Source: Amoebidium appalachense | Lineage: Eukaryota; Protista; Ichthyosporea | Assembly: GCA_963693365.1 (NCBI GenBank) | Contig: CAVNZM010000006.1 | Span: 5,373,264 to 5,437,263 of the forward strand | Direction of reading: 5' to 3' | DNA: 64,000 bases | Part shown: positions 40,836 through 63,555 of the stretch, piece by piece | How the letters are laid out: every line of letters starts with the position of its first letter | Position numbering within the stretch: the first letter of the stretch is position 1 | Translations under genes and position numbers: made by a program | The notes under the pieces: generated by a model | What the model was told of the DNA's origin: nothing | The model's input: the letters and a program-made list of their open reading frames with translations, nothing else | Database searches by the model: none

Positions 40836-40897
<62 letters not shown>

Positions 40898-41054
40898 ACA
40901 CACCCCTTCTCTTTTTTTTTTTTGGCGCACACAGCTATACTACATCCTCTCGCTACTTTAGACTCTCATTCTCTCTCAATCTCTCCTTTCCCCTCAACCC
41001 AACCCCCCCCCCCCCCCTCCCCCCCCCTCTCCGAGCGTCTCTCACCCCCCTCCA

Positions 41055-41092
<38 letters not shown>

Positions 41093-41241
41093 ACACAAAC
41101 TCCTCCATCCTCGTGCGTGTATGCCTTTACGCCTTTTATATTTCAAAGTAAAAACTCCCAAAGTTGAAGCGTCATGTTCCTTCCTGTATCAGGCCGTGTG
41201 TCCGAATATTCTGATGCCTACGAGCTATTGGCACACATGCG

Positions 41242-41317
<76 letters not shown>

Positions 41318-41753
41318 TGTGTGTGGGCCTTCTACACAGTGGAAGGTATAGGAGGGAGGTGGGTAGGCAAGTAGAAGTGGTGGGGTGAGGGTTGGATTAT
41401 GCATTAGATGATAAACAAACAGCGCGTAGAAGGGGGAAGGGGGGGAAGGAGGAGAGACAGAAAGAGGGAGGGAGGTAGGTAGCGAGGAAGGAGGGAGGGA
41501 GGGAGGGAGGGAAGGAAGGAGGTAGGTAGCGAGGAAGGTGGGAGGGAGAGAGGGAGGAAGGGAGGAAGGGATGGAGGGATGGAGGGGAGGAGGTAGGGAG
41601 GAAGGAGGAAGGGAGGGAGGGACGGAGGGACGGAGGGAGAGAAGGAGGGGGTGAAGGAGATAGGGAAGGAGAGAGGGAGGAAGGGAGGGAGGGAGGGAGG
41701 GAAGGAGAGCGGGAGGGAGGGAGGGAGAGAGAGAGACACACACAGACAGAGGA

Positions 41754-41833
<80 letters not shown>

Positions 41834-42184
41834 AGGGAGGGAGGGAGGGAAGGAGATAGTGAGAGAGCGCCTCGGAGAAGGACACCCACACCCACACCCA
41901 CACCCACACCCACGTCCACACACACACGCACACACACACACACAGAGAAAGAGACAGAGAGAGAGCAAGTACCCACGTTGGCTGTGCCGATGACGGGTTG
42001 ACGCGACAATCATTAATCAGCATTAAGGGAGTAAGTTTAAGGCCATATTTCTCGGCTAGGATTGGATCCACACACATGGCATCCCCCCTCTCCTCTTCTT
42101 CATCCCTTACACGGAAAGAGAATTGGTAGCGGTGGTGGAGGCTCTCATGCCTCTCATCCACCTGTGTGTGTGTGTGCATGTGTG

Positions 42185-42243
<59 letters not shown>

Positions 42244-42344
42244 CGTGCATCTGTGTGTATGTGTGCACGTGCCAAGCCGTAAAGGCTGCATTGTGATGTG
42301 TGTAAATAATAAGCAGCTGGACAATCAAGCACTCACATACGGAC

Positions 42345-42375
<31 letters not shown>

Positions 42376-42503
42376 GACGGGAAGAAAGGGCAGGGGGAGG
42401 GGAGGGGAGGGGAGGGGCCTGTTTGTAGGATAATCTTGTTTTATCAACGCTTACGAGCCCATGTGCATCAGTCGTCGTAAGTCAGTGAGGGGAGGACGGG
42501 GAA

Positions 42504-42545
<42 letters not shown>

Positions 42546-42858
42546 GAGCGTGGGGTGGGTGGGGTGGGTGGGTGGGTGGGTGGGTGGGGGGAGGGAGAAA
42601 GGTTGATATATGCAGTGCACACAGAAAACCGAAAGCACACACTGTGATGACTAATCCCCCCCCCTCTCTCCCCCGCTCCCCCTTCCCTAACACACACACA
42701 CACACACACACACAAAAAAAAAAAAAAAATGCAGGTGAGAAGAACGGACAAGACATCATAACGGACAACACAATGCATAGGGCGAAGAACACAAACAGTA
42801 TCATAAAAAGGGCCCATGCGGGGGGTAGGTTGGGGTGGGGTGGGATGGGGTGGGGGGT

Positions 42859-42901
<43 letters not shown>

Positions 42902-43498
42902 GGGGGGTGGGGGGTTGGCAAGCACACACACACCCACCCACCTCATTTTTCTCATCGGTTGCACTGAGCACGACACCAGAAAATGGACCCACAACCCTGG
43001 GCCCTTTGATTGGGCGGCGTGTCCTTATTCCCAGCTGGCCTGATAGAGCACCGCTGTTAGCCGGAAATTGAAACACTTCATAGTCGCTGTTCCACCACCT
43101 GTCATGGAGAAAAACGATCAGTAGTGGTGTACGCATAAGATGGCACACAGAAAGGGTGAAATGAATGAGAAGGAGTGAAATGAAGGAGGAGGAGTGAAAT
43201 GAACGAGCAGGAGTGAAATGAACGTGCAGGGGTGAAATGAATAAGCAGGAGTGAAATGAAGGAGGAGGAGTGAAATGAACAAGCAGGAGTGAAACGAACG
43301 AGGAAGAGTGAAAAAAAGCAGAAGCAGCAACAAGAGGATTACGTGCAACCAAGTCACTATGTAAGGCATAGTAAAAGAATGAGGAAGCACAATTTAAACG
43401 CATAAACAAAACAAAACAAACAAAGTAAAACCCAGAATAAAAACATAAATATTATAAAACAGCACCTTTTGCAGGCACGTGTACGTGTCTGTGTGTGT

Positions 43499-43531
<33 letters not shown>

Positions 43532-43633
43532 GGGGGGGGTGGCAAAAACGAACATTTGTACATGCATTTATCTTTTTTTTTTTTTCTTTTTCAGACGTTC
43601 AATCTCTCTTGGTGTCCTGCAATCCCCCCCTCC

Positions 43634-43669
<36 letters not shown>

Positions 43670-43970
43670 CCCTTTCTCCCCCTTCCTCTCCCAAAAAACA
43701 CCCACAGGGGAGAGAGGCGAGAGAGGTTGTGTGAGAGTGAGACAAATAGAAGAGGAGGGGAAGGGGGGGGGGGGGGGGGAGAGGAATGAGGAGGGACAGG
43801 GAGAAAGAAAACCGAGAAGAAAGCGCGTAGAGAAAGACAGACAGACAGAGGGGGACTGTGTGAGGGAATAAAGAAATGGAAAAGAAGAGGAAAGAAAAAA
43901 AGGCGGAAAAAATATAAGAAAGAAGAAAAAGAATCCTAGCCACCACAGCAACCCCCCTCCCCCCCCCCCC

Positions 43971-44016
<46 letters not shown>

Positions 44017-44372
44017 AAGCACACACAACGGGAAAAAAACAAACAAACAAACAAAAAAAACAAAAAACAAAGAAACATACGTTTCATCCGGGCTCTCCAG
44101 CTCCCTCCTCCTTATCTCCACCATGACCCTTTTCAACCTCTCATGGAGCCTCCTTCTCACGACCCCCTCCAGGGGGTGTCTGAACTCATCCCCATCGCAC
44201 CTTTCACTTTCCATGCAAAAACTGCCAATTTGCTTGTTCGTTTCCCTTTCAAGCAAGGAACCACCCACGCGCGTGTCCATAATGGTTCGGAATGCCTCCG
44301 TGCCTTCCAGAAAATACTGGCCGTAGAACGGGCCGTGGATTTTTCTGGATGGTCCCATGGTCGCTCAACTCC
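36907..44372 (-). CDS. SET-domain protein A (putative lysine methyltransferase) with long disordered SIM-bearing C-terminal exon; 5' end unresolved
   Basis: GT-AG phase-compatible exons 44372-44081, 43098-42942, 42161-41977, 40800-40706, 39549-39479, 38286-36907. Spliced motifs GQLGIRTRRPIKGPRVVGPFSGVV, YQF..CVDP..LINDCR, RDMDEHEEALLDYGDEYW. The start of the first listed exon needs one indel correction. Confidence 0.82.
43152..43312. repeat. 19-bp minisatellite (GGAGTGAAATGAANNAGNA) x ~8 in an intron of SET gene A
   Basis: Directly visible tandem units. Confidence 0.85.
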
Positions 44373-44761
44373 CTGGAAAACATGAAATAGAAGGACGTAA
44401 AACGTGAGACAAGGCTTGAATGCTGTAGCTACAGAATGTATGAAATAAAGTTGGAATATGTATGACACAAAGTAGAAATATGTATGGAATTCAAGTAGAA
44501 GAAAAGACCCCCCTCCACCCCTTCCCACCCCTCCCTTCTGCTCTCCTGGGGAAGGGGTCTCAGCTCTCCCCTGAGCTAATCATGGAGCTCAGTCGGGTGA
44601 ATGAAAAAAAAAAAACATATTGAAAAACGAATGTCTGAAAGTGTGGGGGTATTTATGTTTGCTGGTGATGGTAGTTGAGGGACGAGGGAAAGTATGCTTG
44701 TGTCACGGTGTCTGTGTGTTTCTGCGTGCGCGTGTGCGTGTGCGTGTACGTGTGCGCGGGC

Positions 44762-44851
<90 letters not shown>

Positions 44852-46124
44852 CCGCGCACGCACGCGGGCATCCTTGTGTGTGTGTGCACGCCGTTGTGTG
44901 TAAGCATGTATGTTTGTGTGTGTGTGGGGTGGGGGGGGTGGGGGGGGAAGGGGGGGGCGCGGGTTGAAGAGAGGTAAGGGGAATGGACGGTTGCGGGGCA
45001 AGCAGACAAGCACGACTGCCAGCTTCAGATGCGGCATAAAAAAAATAAAGTGGCAGAGGAGAGCCATATGCTTTTTGAAGCGTTTGACTTACAGAGAACA
45101 ACATAGGTCTGTTTTATCTCTGTGCTTGGTTCAGCTTGAGCTTGTTGGGTAGGTTATGGTGGCGGGGAAGGGAGCAGAGGGAGGAGATTTGGGTGGCAAG
45201 AAAGGATTGAAGAAGAGAGGGGGGGGGGGGGGGGGGGAAGGGAGGGGAAGGAGGCAGCTGTGTGCGGCCTAATACCGCACCCCAAATCTTTGCATGGCAA
45301 GTGAAAATAACTACACAAAATAGCAAAAACAGAGAATTCTTCTACCGTCGCTGATGAGGCACCCCAGCACCCTTCATGCCCACCAAAGCGCAAAGTTTTG
45401 TATTCGGGAACTAACAGTATGTTTATACAGACAAACTACAAATGACTCTGCATGGCGTGGCTTTCGAATCTGGTAGTAGGGAGCCAGCGAGTGTGTGAGG
45501 ACGGGTAAGGAGGGTCGCGACATGCGTAGGGGGGAAGGGGGGGGGGGGGGGGGGGGAAGCAAGGGAGGCGGGGATGTTTAACTATACCCTCCTGCGGGAG
45601 AAAGACTTCCTCCCCTGGATTAAACTGGAGTCGATGTAAATGCGCTGTACCGAATGATTGCACCAGCCGAGTTAGCTATAGACTTTCAAACAGGAATCAC
45701 ATTGCCTAGCATTCAACAAGGGAAAAAGAAAGCATTTCTACTCTTTCACCTGGGTTCCTAGTAGGCTAGCGGAGGTGATGAACAGGGGTATACATGCAAA
45801 CTTTCGACTAAATAGAGACCAAGGCTCTCCACCATGCTGCAAATGCAAAACAAGGGCGGGCCCAGTGGGCTTCTTCTATGATGTGGGTCACAGGCCAACA
45901 CAGACAAACCAAGTAGACAAAAGTTTGATTAGTAGATGCTGTGTGTTTTACTGCAATAGCATACACGCGCTCTTTTACAATTAGTAAATGCTGTGTTTTT
46001 ACTACAATGGCATACGCGCGCTCTTTTACAAACTAGCAGACTCGAGTACCATTTCATTCATACACGCATACAACAGGTGGTGTTTGTGACACCTACACCA
46101 AAGTTACACGAACATTACTTATCC

Positions 46125-46230
46125 AAATGCGCCGGCCGGCAAAATGGGCTGGCGCCTTTGAATTGCGCAATCACCAGGTTGCGCAAACGGAGAGAAATGG
46201 CGCGCGGAAAACCAGCCTTTTGATTGGGTA
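46125..46230. promoter_or_regulatory. Candidate bidirectional promoter with E2F-like, CHR-like and CCAAT motifs
   Basis: CpG-rich patch between the divergent SET genes containing GGCGCGCGGAAAA, TTTGAA and GATTGG. Confidence 0.35.
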
Positions 46231-47790
46231 TCTGACCGCTTCAGGAGGACGGCAGATCCTGCTTGGTCGCGACATTCCAGAAACTCGAGAGTTCATTCAG
46301 AACGGTCTTTGCTACCTATTGAATAAATACATTTTTTTCATATACCTGTAAAGTTTTAAATAAAAAATGTCAACAGAATGTTTTAATGTGCTTTTGATTT
46401 CTAGTTTATTGATAAAGTTTTTAGCAAAGGGTGGTTCCTGGGTGGCGCTAATCCATGTTCAACAGATTGATTTGCCCCCCTCTCCAGCGAGGTATATATA
46501 AACTAGCCGGCACTCTTCCTGCGGGTAGCACAACTCGACTACGAAACCACGGAAGGTGTAACTATTGTAGCTCGTTAGGACGGTGAATTGGGTGATCGAA
46601 AGAAAAGAAAACCCTTTAAGAACAAGTAGCTTCGGCTAGTCCAACAAACATGGGTTCTGGAAAGAGTTTGATGGCGCTCTCGGCGCTCTTGCTCTGACGA
46701 AGAGCTCCCACATGCAAGCTGACATTTGTGAGCCTCATTGGACGGACTCGAGCGCTCGGGCCCAGAATTGGCGAAGAAGGAAGTGGGCTTCAAAGATTTA
46801 GACAAGAAAAGCGGCCTTTTCTACAAGGTGTGTGACCGATGTCTGCTCTGGATTGTGCTATGTGCTTGTGTTTTTGTTCAACTAGTACTCATACTCTGCC
46901 CATCTTCATTATTCTTATTATGGTTTGTTTTCTCACCTTTTGTGCATTTTTAATTCGTCTGGATGGAACTGTGAAGGAGACTTGTGTGCGTGCGTGCGTG
47001 CGTGCGTACGTGCAGACATAGGTTCTTTTAGTGTGTGTGCAAATGTGTGCGTCCACATGGACCTGCAAACTTGCGCGCATGCATGTGCATGCGTTCAGGG
47101 CTGCGTGGGTGCGCGCGTGCAAGGATGCATTCTGTGTTTGTCAAGGGGGGAATTGGCTGTGTGGGTGGGAGGTGTGACAGTTAAAAGAAAGCAAGTGCAT
47201 TTATCTCCAGCTCAAAGAGATAAACTGCTTCTACACTCAGCAGTTGTAACAAAGACCGAAAGTTTGGGAAAATTAGCGCTGGCTTGTGCACAGGCATAAG
47301 GCGACAATCGACATATGAGCTCACCGGGCATTCTGGAATTTTAAGACCAAGTACACGTGCGCATCAAACATTTCCGAGCACGCACATACTCAAGCTCTTG
47401 TGCAGACATCCTTCCTGGACAAGCAAGCACACAGTTCCTGAGCACGAAATGGTCTACTTTCACGATTTGAGTAGTAAACAGGCACGCTTTTTTTGAACGG
47501 GTTTGTGATGTGCAAGCACATCTCCATCCATGGCGAACTTTTTGCTGGCATGCCTCCACATAGTTGAGGAGACTTGAGAGCCGTTGGCAGAAACACCCAT
47601 TCTTCTGGCTCTACAATGGACACCATTTTTTCCAAAGTGGGCGCGCTAATTGTCCATGTAAGAGAGGTTTCACGCGAGCTGCAAAACTCACACAGCGCAA
47701 CTTGCTGCTCAGCCCTGACCAACCGTTTCCACACAGCAGTTGCAAGAAACTACCCCTTGATCCTTTATGCCCGAGAGTCTCCATCAACAG

Positions 47791-57397
<9,607 letters not shown>

Positions 57398-57652
57398 TAA
57401 TATTGGGGATGGGGATATGGTTTCTGGGTAAGGGTGGTTGTGCGTGGGTATTGAGTATGTCGGTTTTACTATATCATGTGCAATTTATTGGCATTGTTGG
57501 TGCCTTCTTTAAAGGCGTTGCAGGAATGAGTCATGTATGTATACACACCACACAGCCTACAGTACATGCACGCATGTATGCACCCGTTTGCACGCACGCG
57601 CGCACATGAAGGCAAACACAAACAAGCGCGCACACGCACACATGTACGCGTT

Positions 57653-57717
<65 letters not shown>

Positions 57718-58116
57718 TGCGAGACCCCATGTCAACCGTTTTTTTTTTTGTGACTGTTGTTAAAAGACGTGCGCCCAGAAGTTCGTATGTAGGGGGTACC
57801 CATGTCAAAATTAGGTACGTATACGTATGAAAGAACGCGCGCGACAAAGTTTATCTTTTTAACGGACGAATCAAGCGCTGTCAATATGCATATGAATAGC
57901 AGGAATGGGCCTGTATTAAGGGATACGGGATCGGCGATTTTGAGTGGTCCCCGATTTCTTTCTGGCGCCGCCTTTTTTCCCCCTGATTACGTAACGCGTT
58001 GCTACGCACCCACGCCGTACAACGATTTTTGTGTTCGCGCGTTAACGCAGAGGGCGCACAACCCGAAAGAATTTTTTTCATGAAAAGAAACTACTTTGAA
58101 TACATGCACTTTTACC

Positions 58117-58823
58117 ATGGGTGTGCAGGGCTTGCTCCCAGCACTCGGCATTAGTGCCGAAAAAGCCACAGATGTTACTGCAGAGTTGCAACGTGGGGTA
58201 GTTGCTTTTGACGGGATGGTGCAGGTCCACAAGTCCTTTTCAGTTTTCGCTGACACAGTAGCCAAACAGCAAATAGATGACAAAAAAGTCACAGACGACA
58301 CATATGCAGCTATTGCAAATCACTTTATGTCCAAAGTTAATACGTATAGGCTAGCAGGGGTCCAGCCACACTATGTGTTTGATGGGCGCAGATTGAAAGA
58401 GGGAAAACTAGTTGATAACGACCGTGCAGAAAAGGTGGTCAAAGCCCGCCAAGAAATAGCCACAAAAAGAGAGAAACAGGAGGAGGTAACTAAAAACAAA
58501 TGGAGAAGCGCTGCAGAGTTAGATAACAGAGTTTTACATGCAATCATCCTTAGACTGAAAGATGAGAATGTCGATTACACAGTAGCTCCATACGAAGCAG
58601 ACCCCCAGCTTGCCTATATGGCACGTACCGGTTTGGCACACACTGTTGTCACTGAGGATGCCGACCTTCTTCTGTATAACATCCCGCGGGTTGTATACAA
58701 ACTGCGCATTGCGGATGCGGCGGTCATCCCTGGGACCGCTAATGCGGTGCGCATTCCCAAACTGTACGGAGTGATTGTAACCCCCGCCGATGTTTTTACC
58801 AGAAGCACAAAGTACAACATAAT
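58117..58823 (+). CDS. XPG/FEN1/Exo1-family 5' nuclease (N and I regions); 3' part unresolved
   Basis: MGVQGLLPAL, VAFDG, HYVFDG, VAPYEADPQLAYM, VVTEDADLLLY match the Exo1/XPG catalytic signatures. The frame runs into (GT)n/poly-G, and no H3TH GxDY motif was seen. Confidence 0.85.
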
Positions 58824-58825
58824 GT

Positions 58826-58881
<56 letters not shown>

Positions 58882-59061
58882 CAGTAATCTTCTGACCGAT
58901 CTAGTGAACCTATAATGAATGAATGAAGACCGTGTGTCAAATCTGAGAGCAATGTACCAGACCCTGGTGCCTGCATATGTTTCCTACCCCCCACCCCCCC
59001 CCCCCCCCCCCCCCCTCCTTCCGGTCCCTCCTCCCCCCTTGGTGTTTGCATACGTGCCTAC

Positions 59062-59095
<34 letters not shown>

Positions 59096-59099
59096 ACAC

Positions 59100-59130
<31 letters not shown>

Positions 59131-59167
59131 GGGTGCATGCGTGCGTGTGTGCAAATGCATGCGTGGG

Positions 59168-59202
<35 letters not shown>

Positions 59203-59386
59203 TTCCGTGTGTGCGTGGTTGTGTGTGTTTGTGAAGGGGGGGGGGGGGGGGGGGGGGGAGAACGACTCAAGGTTGTACTTGGCACACAAATACATAATAA
59301 TTTCAATTATTATTATTATTTTCCTATACAGGAAAAGTGGAGCCCTACTGGCCGAATACATACATGCAAGCATTCATTCATATTTT

Positions 59387-59486
<100 letters not shown>

Positions 59487-59535
59487 CAGAGAAGGGGGCT
59501 TTAGGGAGAGGCACTGGCAATCGAAAACGAAAATT

Positions 59536-61452
59536 CTACACCATGCTTTTGGTGTGCCCGGGCCCCACCATATCCTTATATAGTGGCTCTTGCATGTTAC
59601 ACAAGAAAGCCACAGCCTTAGCTACCATCCAATGGGTGCCTACCATCGACATCTGCACCTGATTGCTAAACAGCCGATAATTTTTCATGCGCCCAAAAGC
59701 CCTCTCCACATGCACGCGCACACTAGACAGTCTTTGGCTATATATGGTGTCTTCAGCGTTTAGCTGCCCATGCTCAACAAACGACGGTAATAGCAAGGAA
59801 GCACCCTTCTCCATGATTAGCCCGTGCACTCTAAACCCTTTATCAGCTGCTATTTCATCCCCCTCTTCTATCTGATCTACAAATTCACGCTTGCATACAC
59901 CTGTGAGATCCGGGTCTTTGAACCCCCCCACATGTGCATCGGACACCGGTCTGAGTTTCATATCCGTTGTGATGCCCCCGAAGTACTTGAGAGTATAATT
60001 GCTTTTGTACTCTGAGTAGAAACATCGTTTCAGAAGGAGGTTTGTCGGCACCTGTACAAACACCTCGGTGCAATCAATGATCCACCGTACATCGTCCCAT
60101 TGCCCAGTGTAGCAACCGGCTTTAAACTTCGAAAGTTGCTCTCTGGTGGGGGCTTTTTCGTATAGAAAAACCTGTGCTAACGCCAGTGCACCAAGAAAAT
60201 GGCGGAATATACGCGAAAGATTCGGTTCTGACACATCCACCAGCCGACTCAATAGTTGGAAGGATGTGCCGTGGCGGAGGCGAAAAAGTGTAAAAAGACA
60301 TCCATCATGCCATATTATTTCCTTTCCTGTTTTGGTTTTAAAATCATTCATGTTTATAGTTGATTGGCCAATAAAAGCAACAATCCCCAGCACTCCCATG
60401 AGAGCATCAAAACTATCCAACCCCGTGTATGTTTTCACCACATCATCTCTAGCCTTCCCTTCCTCTTCCGCCACTATGTCCTCCATGCATATTCTTTTCT
60501 GGTTTTGTAGTAATTCCTCCCTCGCTTGATCAAGCGCTTGTTCGAGCTCCTTCTTCTCCAATCTTTGTTTCTTCTCATTTTCCTCCAATTGCTTCGTAGC
60601 TATCTCAAGTTCGATTTGCATTTTCTCCGCCTGCTCCTTATAGAAAGCTCTTGAACGTTCCAGGACATTCACATAATCCTCTACATCCATCCCTTCCTCA
60701 CCTGCCTTCGACTCTAGATAGTCAAATGTCCTTTCACGCACATGTTCCCTCCTTCTTTTCGCTCGTTCACTGTCCTCTGCTTCTTCACTGCTCGTCTCCC
60801 CCCGCTCCCTCGCTCGTTTCCGTGTTTGCTCAATATCTGAGGCATCCATTCCTACAGCTTGCATATGACTATTGGCCCTTTCCTCCCTCAATAGCTGTAC
60901 CTTCTCTCTGTACATCGGGTCTAGTTCCATTCGGATGGGACATGCATCCTTTGTTAATTTCAGTTTTCCATTCTTAGCAGTAATATCATCATCGGTGAAA
61001 TGTGCCTCGCATACAACCAGTTGCTTAAGGATAGCCAGTGGCCAGGGGACTTCCACCTTCGGTTGCCCCCGTTTCCTCTTTGGTTGTGGTTCTTGTGCCG
61101 ACTGCTCAGCTGGCACAGCCGAGTCATTGGCATTTTCGGATTGTGTGTCAGCTGTGTGTGTCTCAGTAGTGGTTGTGTCTGTATTTACGTCTGTCCCATC
61201 CGAGGCCTTTGGCCTTGTGTCTGTGTGTGTGTCTGGGTCGGGGGGTGCTTGCTTTGTGTGTTCTGCTATTTGTTTCCGCTTATACTTTGTTTGCTCCTGC
61301 CTGCCTATAGCATTTAACCAAGCATGCCTCCTAGCCAATACATTTGGTTTGTATCCATATGGAACAGTAAAAAGCTTTATCTTCCTGGTAGGATCTTTGG
61401 GAGAGACTGTTTCTTCGTCATTTTTGCAGTAGTTAGCCGCGCAAGTTGGCAT
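59536..61452 (-). CDS. THAP + HTH + DDE_Tnp_4 transposase (ISL2EU-like), 638 aa, intact and intronless
   Basis: THAP MPTCAANYC..LFTVP..WL..VCEAHF..ACP; coiled coil; YTGL; TLFRLRHG; catalytic IIDCTE, YSEYK, ADKGF, RVHVERAFGRMK. Confidence 0.93.
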   Translation of the reverse strand: MPTCAANYCKNDEETVSPKDPTRKIKLFTVPYGYKPNVLARRHAWLNAIGRQEQTKYKRKQIAEHTKQAPPDPDTHTDTRPKASDGTDVNTDTTTTETHTADTQSENANDSAVPAEQSAQEPQPKRKRGQPKVEVPWPLAILKQLVVCEAHFTDDDITAKNGKLKLTKDACPIRMELDPMYREKVQLLREERANSHMQAVGMDASDIEQTRKRARERGETSSEEAEDSERAKRRREHVRERTFDYLESKAGEEGMDVEDYVNVLERSRAFYKEQAEKMQIELEIATKQLEENEKKQRLEKKELEQALDQAREELLQNQKRICMEDIVAEEEGKARDDVVKTYTGLDSFDALMGVLGIVAFIGQSTINMNDFKTKTGKEIIWHDGCLFTLFRLRHGTSFQLLSRLVDVSEPNLSRIFRHFLGALALAQVFLYEKAPTREQLSKFKAGCYTGQWDDVRWIIDCTEVFVQVPTNLLLKRCFYSEYKSNYTLKYFGGITTDMKLRPVSDAHVGGFKDPDLTGVCKREFVDQIEEGDEIAADKGFRVHGLIMEKGASLLLPSFVEHGQLNAEDTIYSQRLSSVRVHVERAFGRMKNYRLFSNQVQMSMVGTHWMVAKAVAFLCNMQEPLYKDMVGPGHTKSMV

Positions 61453-61930
61453 TGTGAGTGCCTAACATATATAGTTAGAAAACAACCCGCCTTCATGAAA
61501 AATGTGCAGCGCAGTTTTGTCCGGACACGTGTGTGGCATGCCGTGTGTACATGGTATAGCTCGGCCACACGATCTTAGGTGCCCAATAGGCAGATCAAGC
61601 CCACTCAATCCAGATAGATATCGATCTGAGCGGCGCCAGAAAGTATTCGAGCCGCGCGATCCCGTATCCCTTAATATAATTACATGTGTCCGAATACCTT
61701 GTACTGTCTGTAAACATATGGATCGAATGTTGTTTTTTGGCACTGTAATGCAATAATTGAAAGGCTTGAACGGTAGTATATTGGGCTGAGAAAAACTGGC
61801 CGACACGTGTAGAAGTATAAAGGAGTATGAAAAATAACACGAATCATTACATTTTATAATTTTTATTGCTAGCCCTTCAATGACATGCTGTACGCTCCAT
61901 GTAGCCTCGCAGCACGAGGATTACTTGACA

Positions 61931-61975
<45 letters not shown>

Positions 61976-62186
61976 CACCACCACCACCACCACCCACCCC
62001 GAATTTCGGCCAAGGCTTCATAGATAAGCCATGCGCTCGACCCGAGGCGTATGTATGCGTACATATGGCACACCCCACACACACGTATGCAAACCCAGCG
62101 CACTGGTGTGGATAAGTATACATTATCATAAGGAGAATGGTGATACGAGGGTTCTACAGGGGAGGGGGGGAAGGTGTGTGTGTATG

Positions 62187-62242
<56 letters not shown>

Positions 62243-62330
62243 GGGGGGGGGGGGGGGGAGGGGAGGGGAGGGGAGAGGGAGGAGTGGGGTATGCCAAAAA
62301 AAAAAAAGAAAAAAAAATAAGGAAAGCAGA

Positions 62331-62378
<48 letters not shown>

Positions 62379-62581
62379 ACACGAGAACACGCACGCGCAA
62401 AAAAAAAAAAAAGAAAAAAGAAAAAAGAAAAACAGAAGAAACAAAAACAAAAACAAAAAGAAGATAAAGAAAGAAGAAACGGTCGGACAGAAGACATTTT
62501 AACAGGGCAAGTCATCAGTGATTTTTCCATGACTCGTCTGTGCGTGCGTGCGTGCGTGCGTGCGCGCGCGTGCGTGCATGC

Positions 62582-62630
<49 letters not shown>

Positions 62631-62655
62631 GCACATGTGTGTTCATGTTTGTGTA

Positions 62656-62694
<39 letters not shown>

Positions 62695-62714
62695 ATGAGC
62701 GTTTTGTGTGTGTG

Positions 62715-62800
<86 letters not shown>

Positions 62801-62805
62801 TCTGT

Positions 62806-62855
<50 letters not shown>

Positions 62856-63404
62856 ACGGTGCGTGTATGTGTGTGTGTGTGCTTGTGTGAGCGTGTGTGA
62901 GTGTGCGTGCGCGCGCGCGTATGTGTGTGCACCGTGTGCGCGCCAGGAAGGGGAAAGGTGGGGCTGGGCTTTCCCCCCTCCTCCCCCAGGCTACGGCCCC
63001 TTACCTCCGCCCTCCCCCCCCCCCCAACCCCCCAACCCCCCAACCCCCCAACCAACGTCTGTGCTAGCTCATGTGATCCCATTAACAAGCCTCTTTTTAT
63101 GTGCACATGTGCGCAGGCGGCGCTATATATAGTGTTTCGACAGCCGCGCAAGTCATAGATATATTACAAGTCATCAAAATTCTGCTGGTGTGCCTGCCCC
63201 GGCTCAATTCGCGGTGCATCGAGATCTTGGGTGTAGCCAGTTTACGTGTGTTTTAACAAAGTACGTCAACCTTTGTATCTCCATACTAACGTCTGTGATC
63301 GCTTGCCCTCAGAGAATAACAGCTTGAATTTGAAAATAATCATCGCGTTCACACACGTTTTGCCTGCACCAGTTTCTTGGAAGTTCTTCCTCCATGTGTG
63401 ACAT

Positions 63405-63555
63405 CTCTCATGCGCGCAGGCGTCGGGCGGGCCCGCCGCGCCGCCGGGCATTCCATTTTCATTTTGCCCGCCAAAAATATTTACGAATAGTCAAATATCG
63501 TTTATCTGTGATGCATCTCATTGGTTGCAACAAAAACGACTGGCGGGAAAACCAA
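63405..63555. promoter_or_regulatory. CpG-rich candidate promoter with two E2F-consensus sites
   Basis: GC-rich patch; CCCGCCAAAA at 63467-63476; TGGCGGGAAAA at 63541-63551; CATTGG between them. Confidence 0.4.

Noticed and set aside
42451-42490. Extra micro-exon in SET gene A (TDLRRLMHMGS with GTAAGC donor)
   Set aside because: No AG acceptor upstream, and the flanking exons already join in frame.
43152-43312. CRISPR-like array
   Set aside because: Contiguous 19-bp units without unique spacers, inside a eukaryotic intron, with no cas genes.
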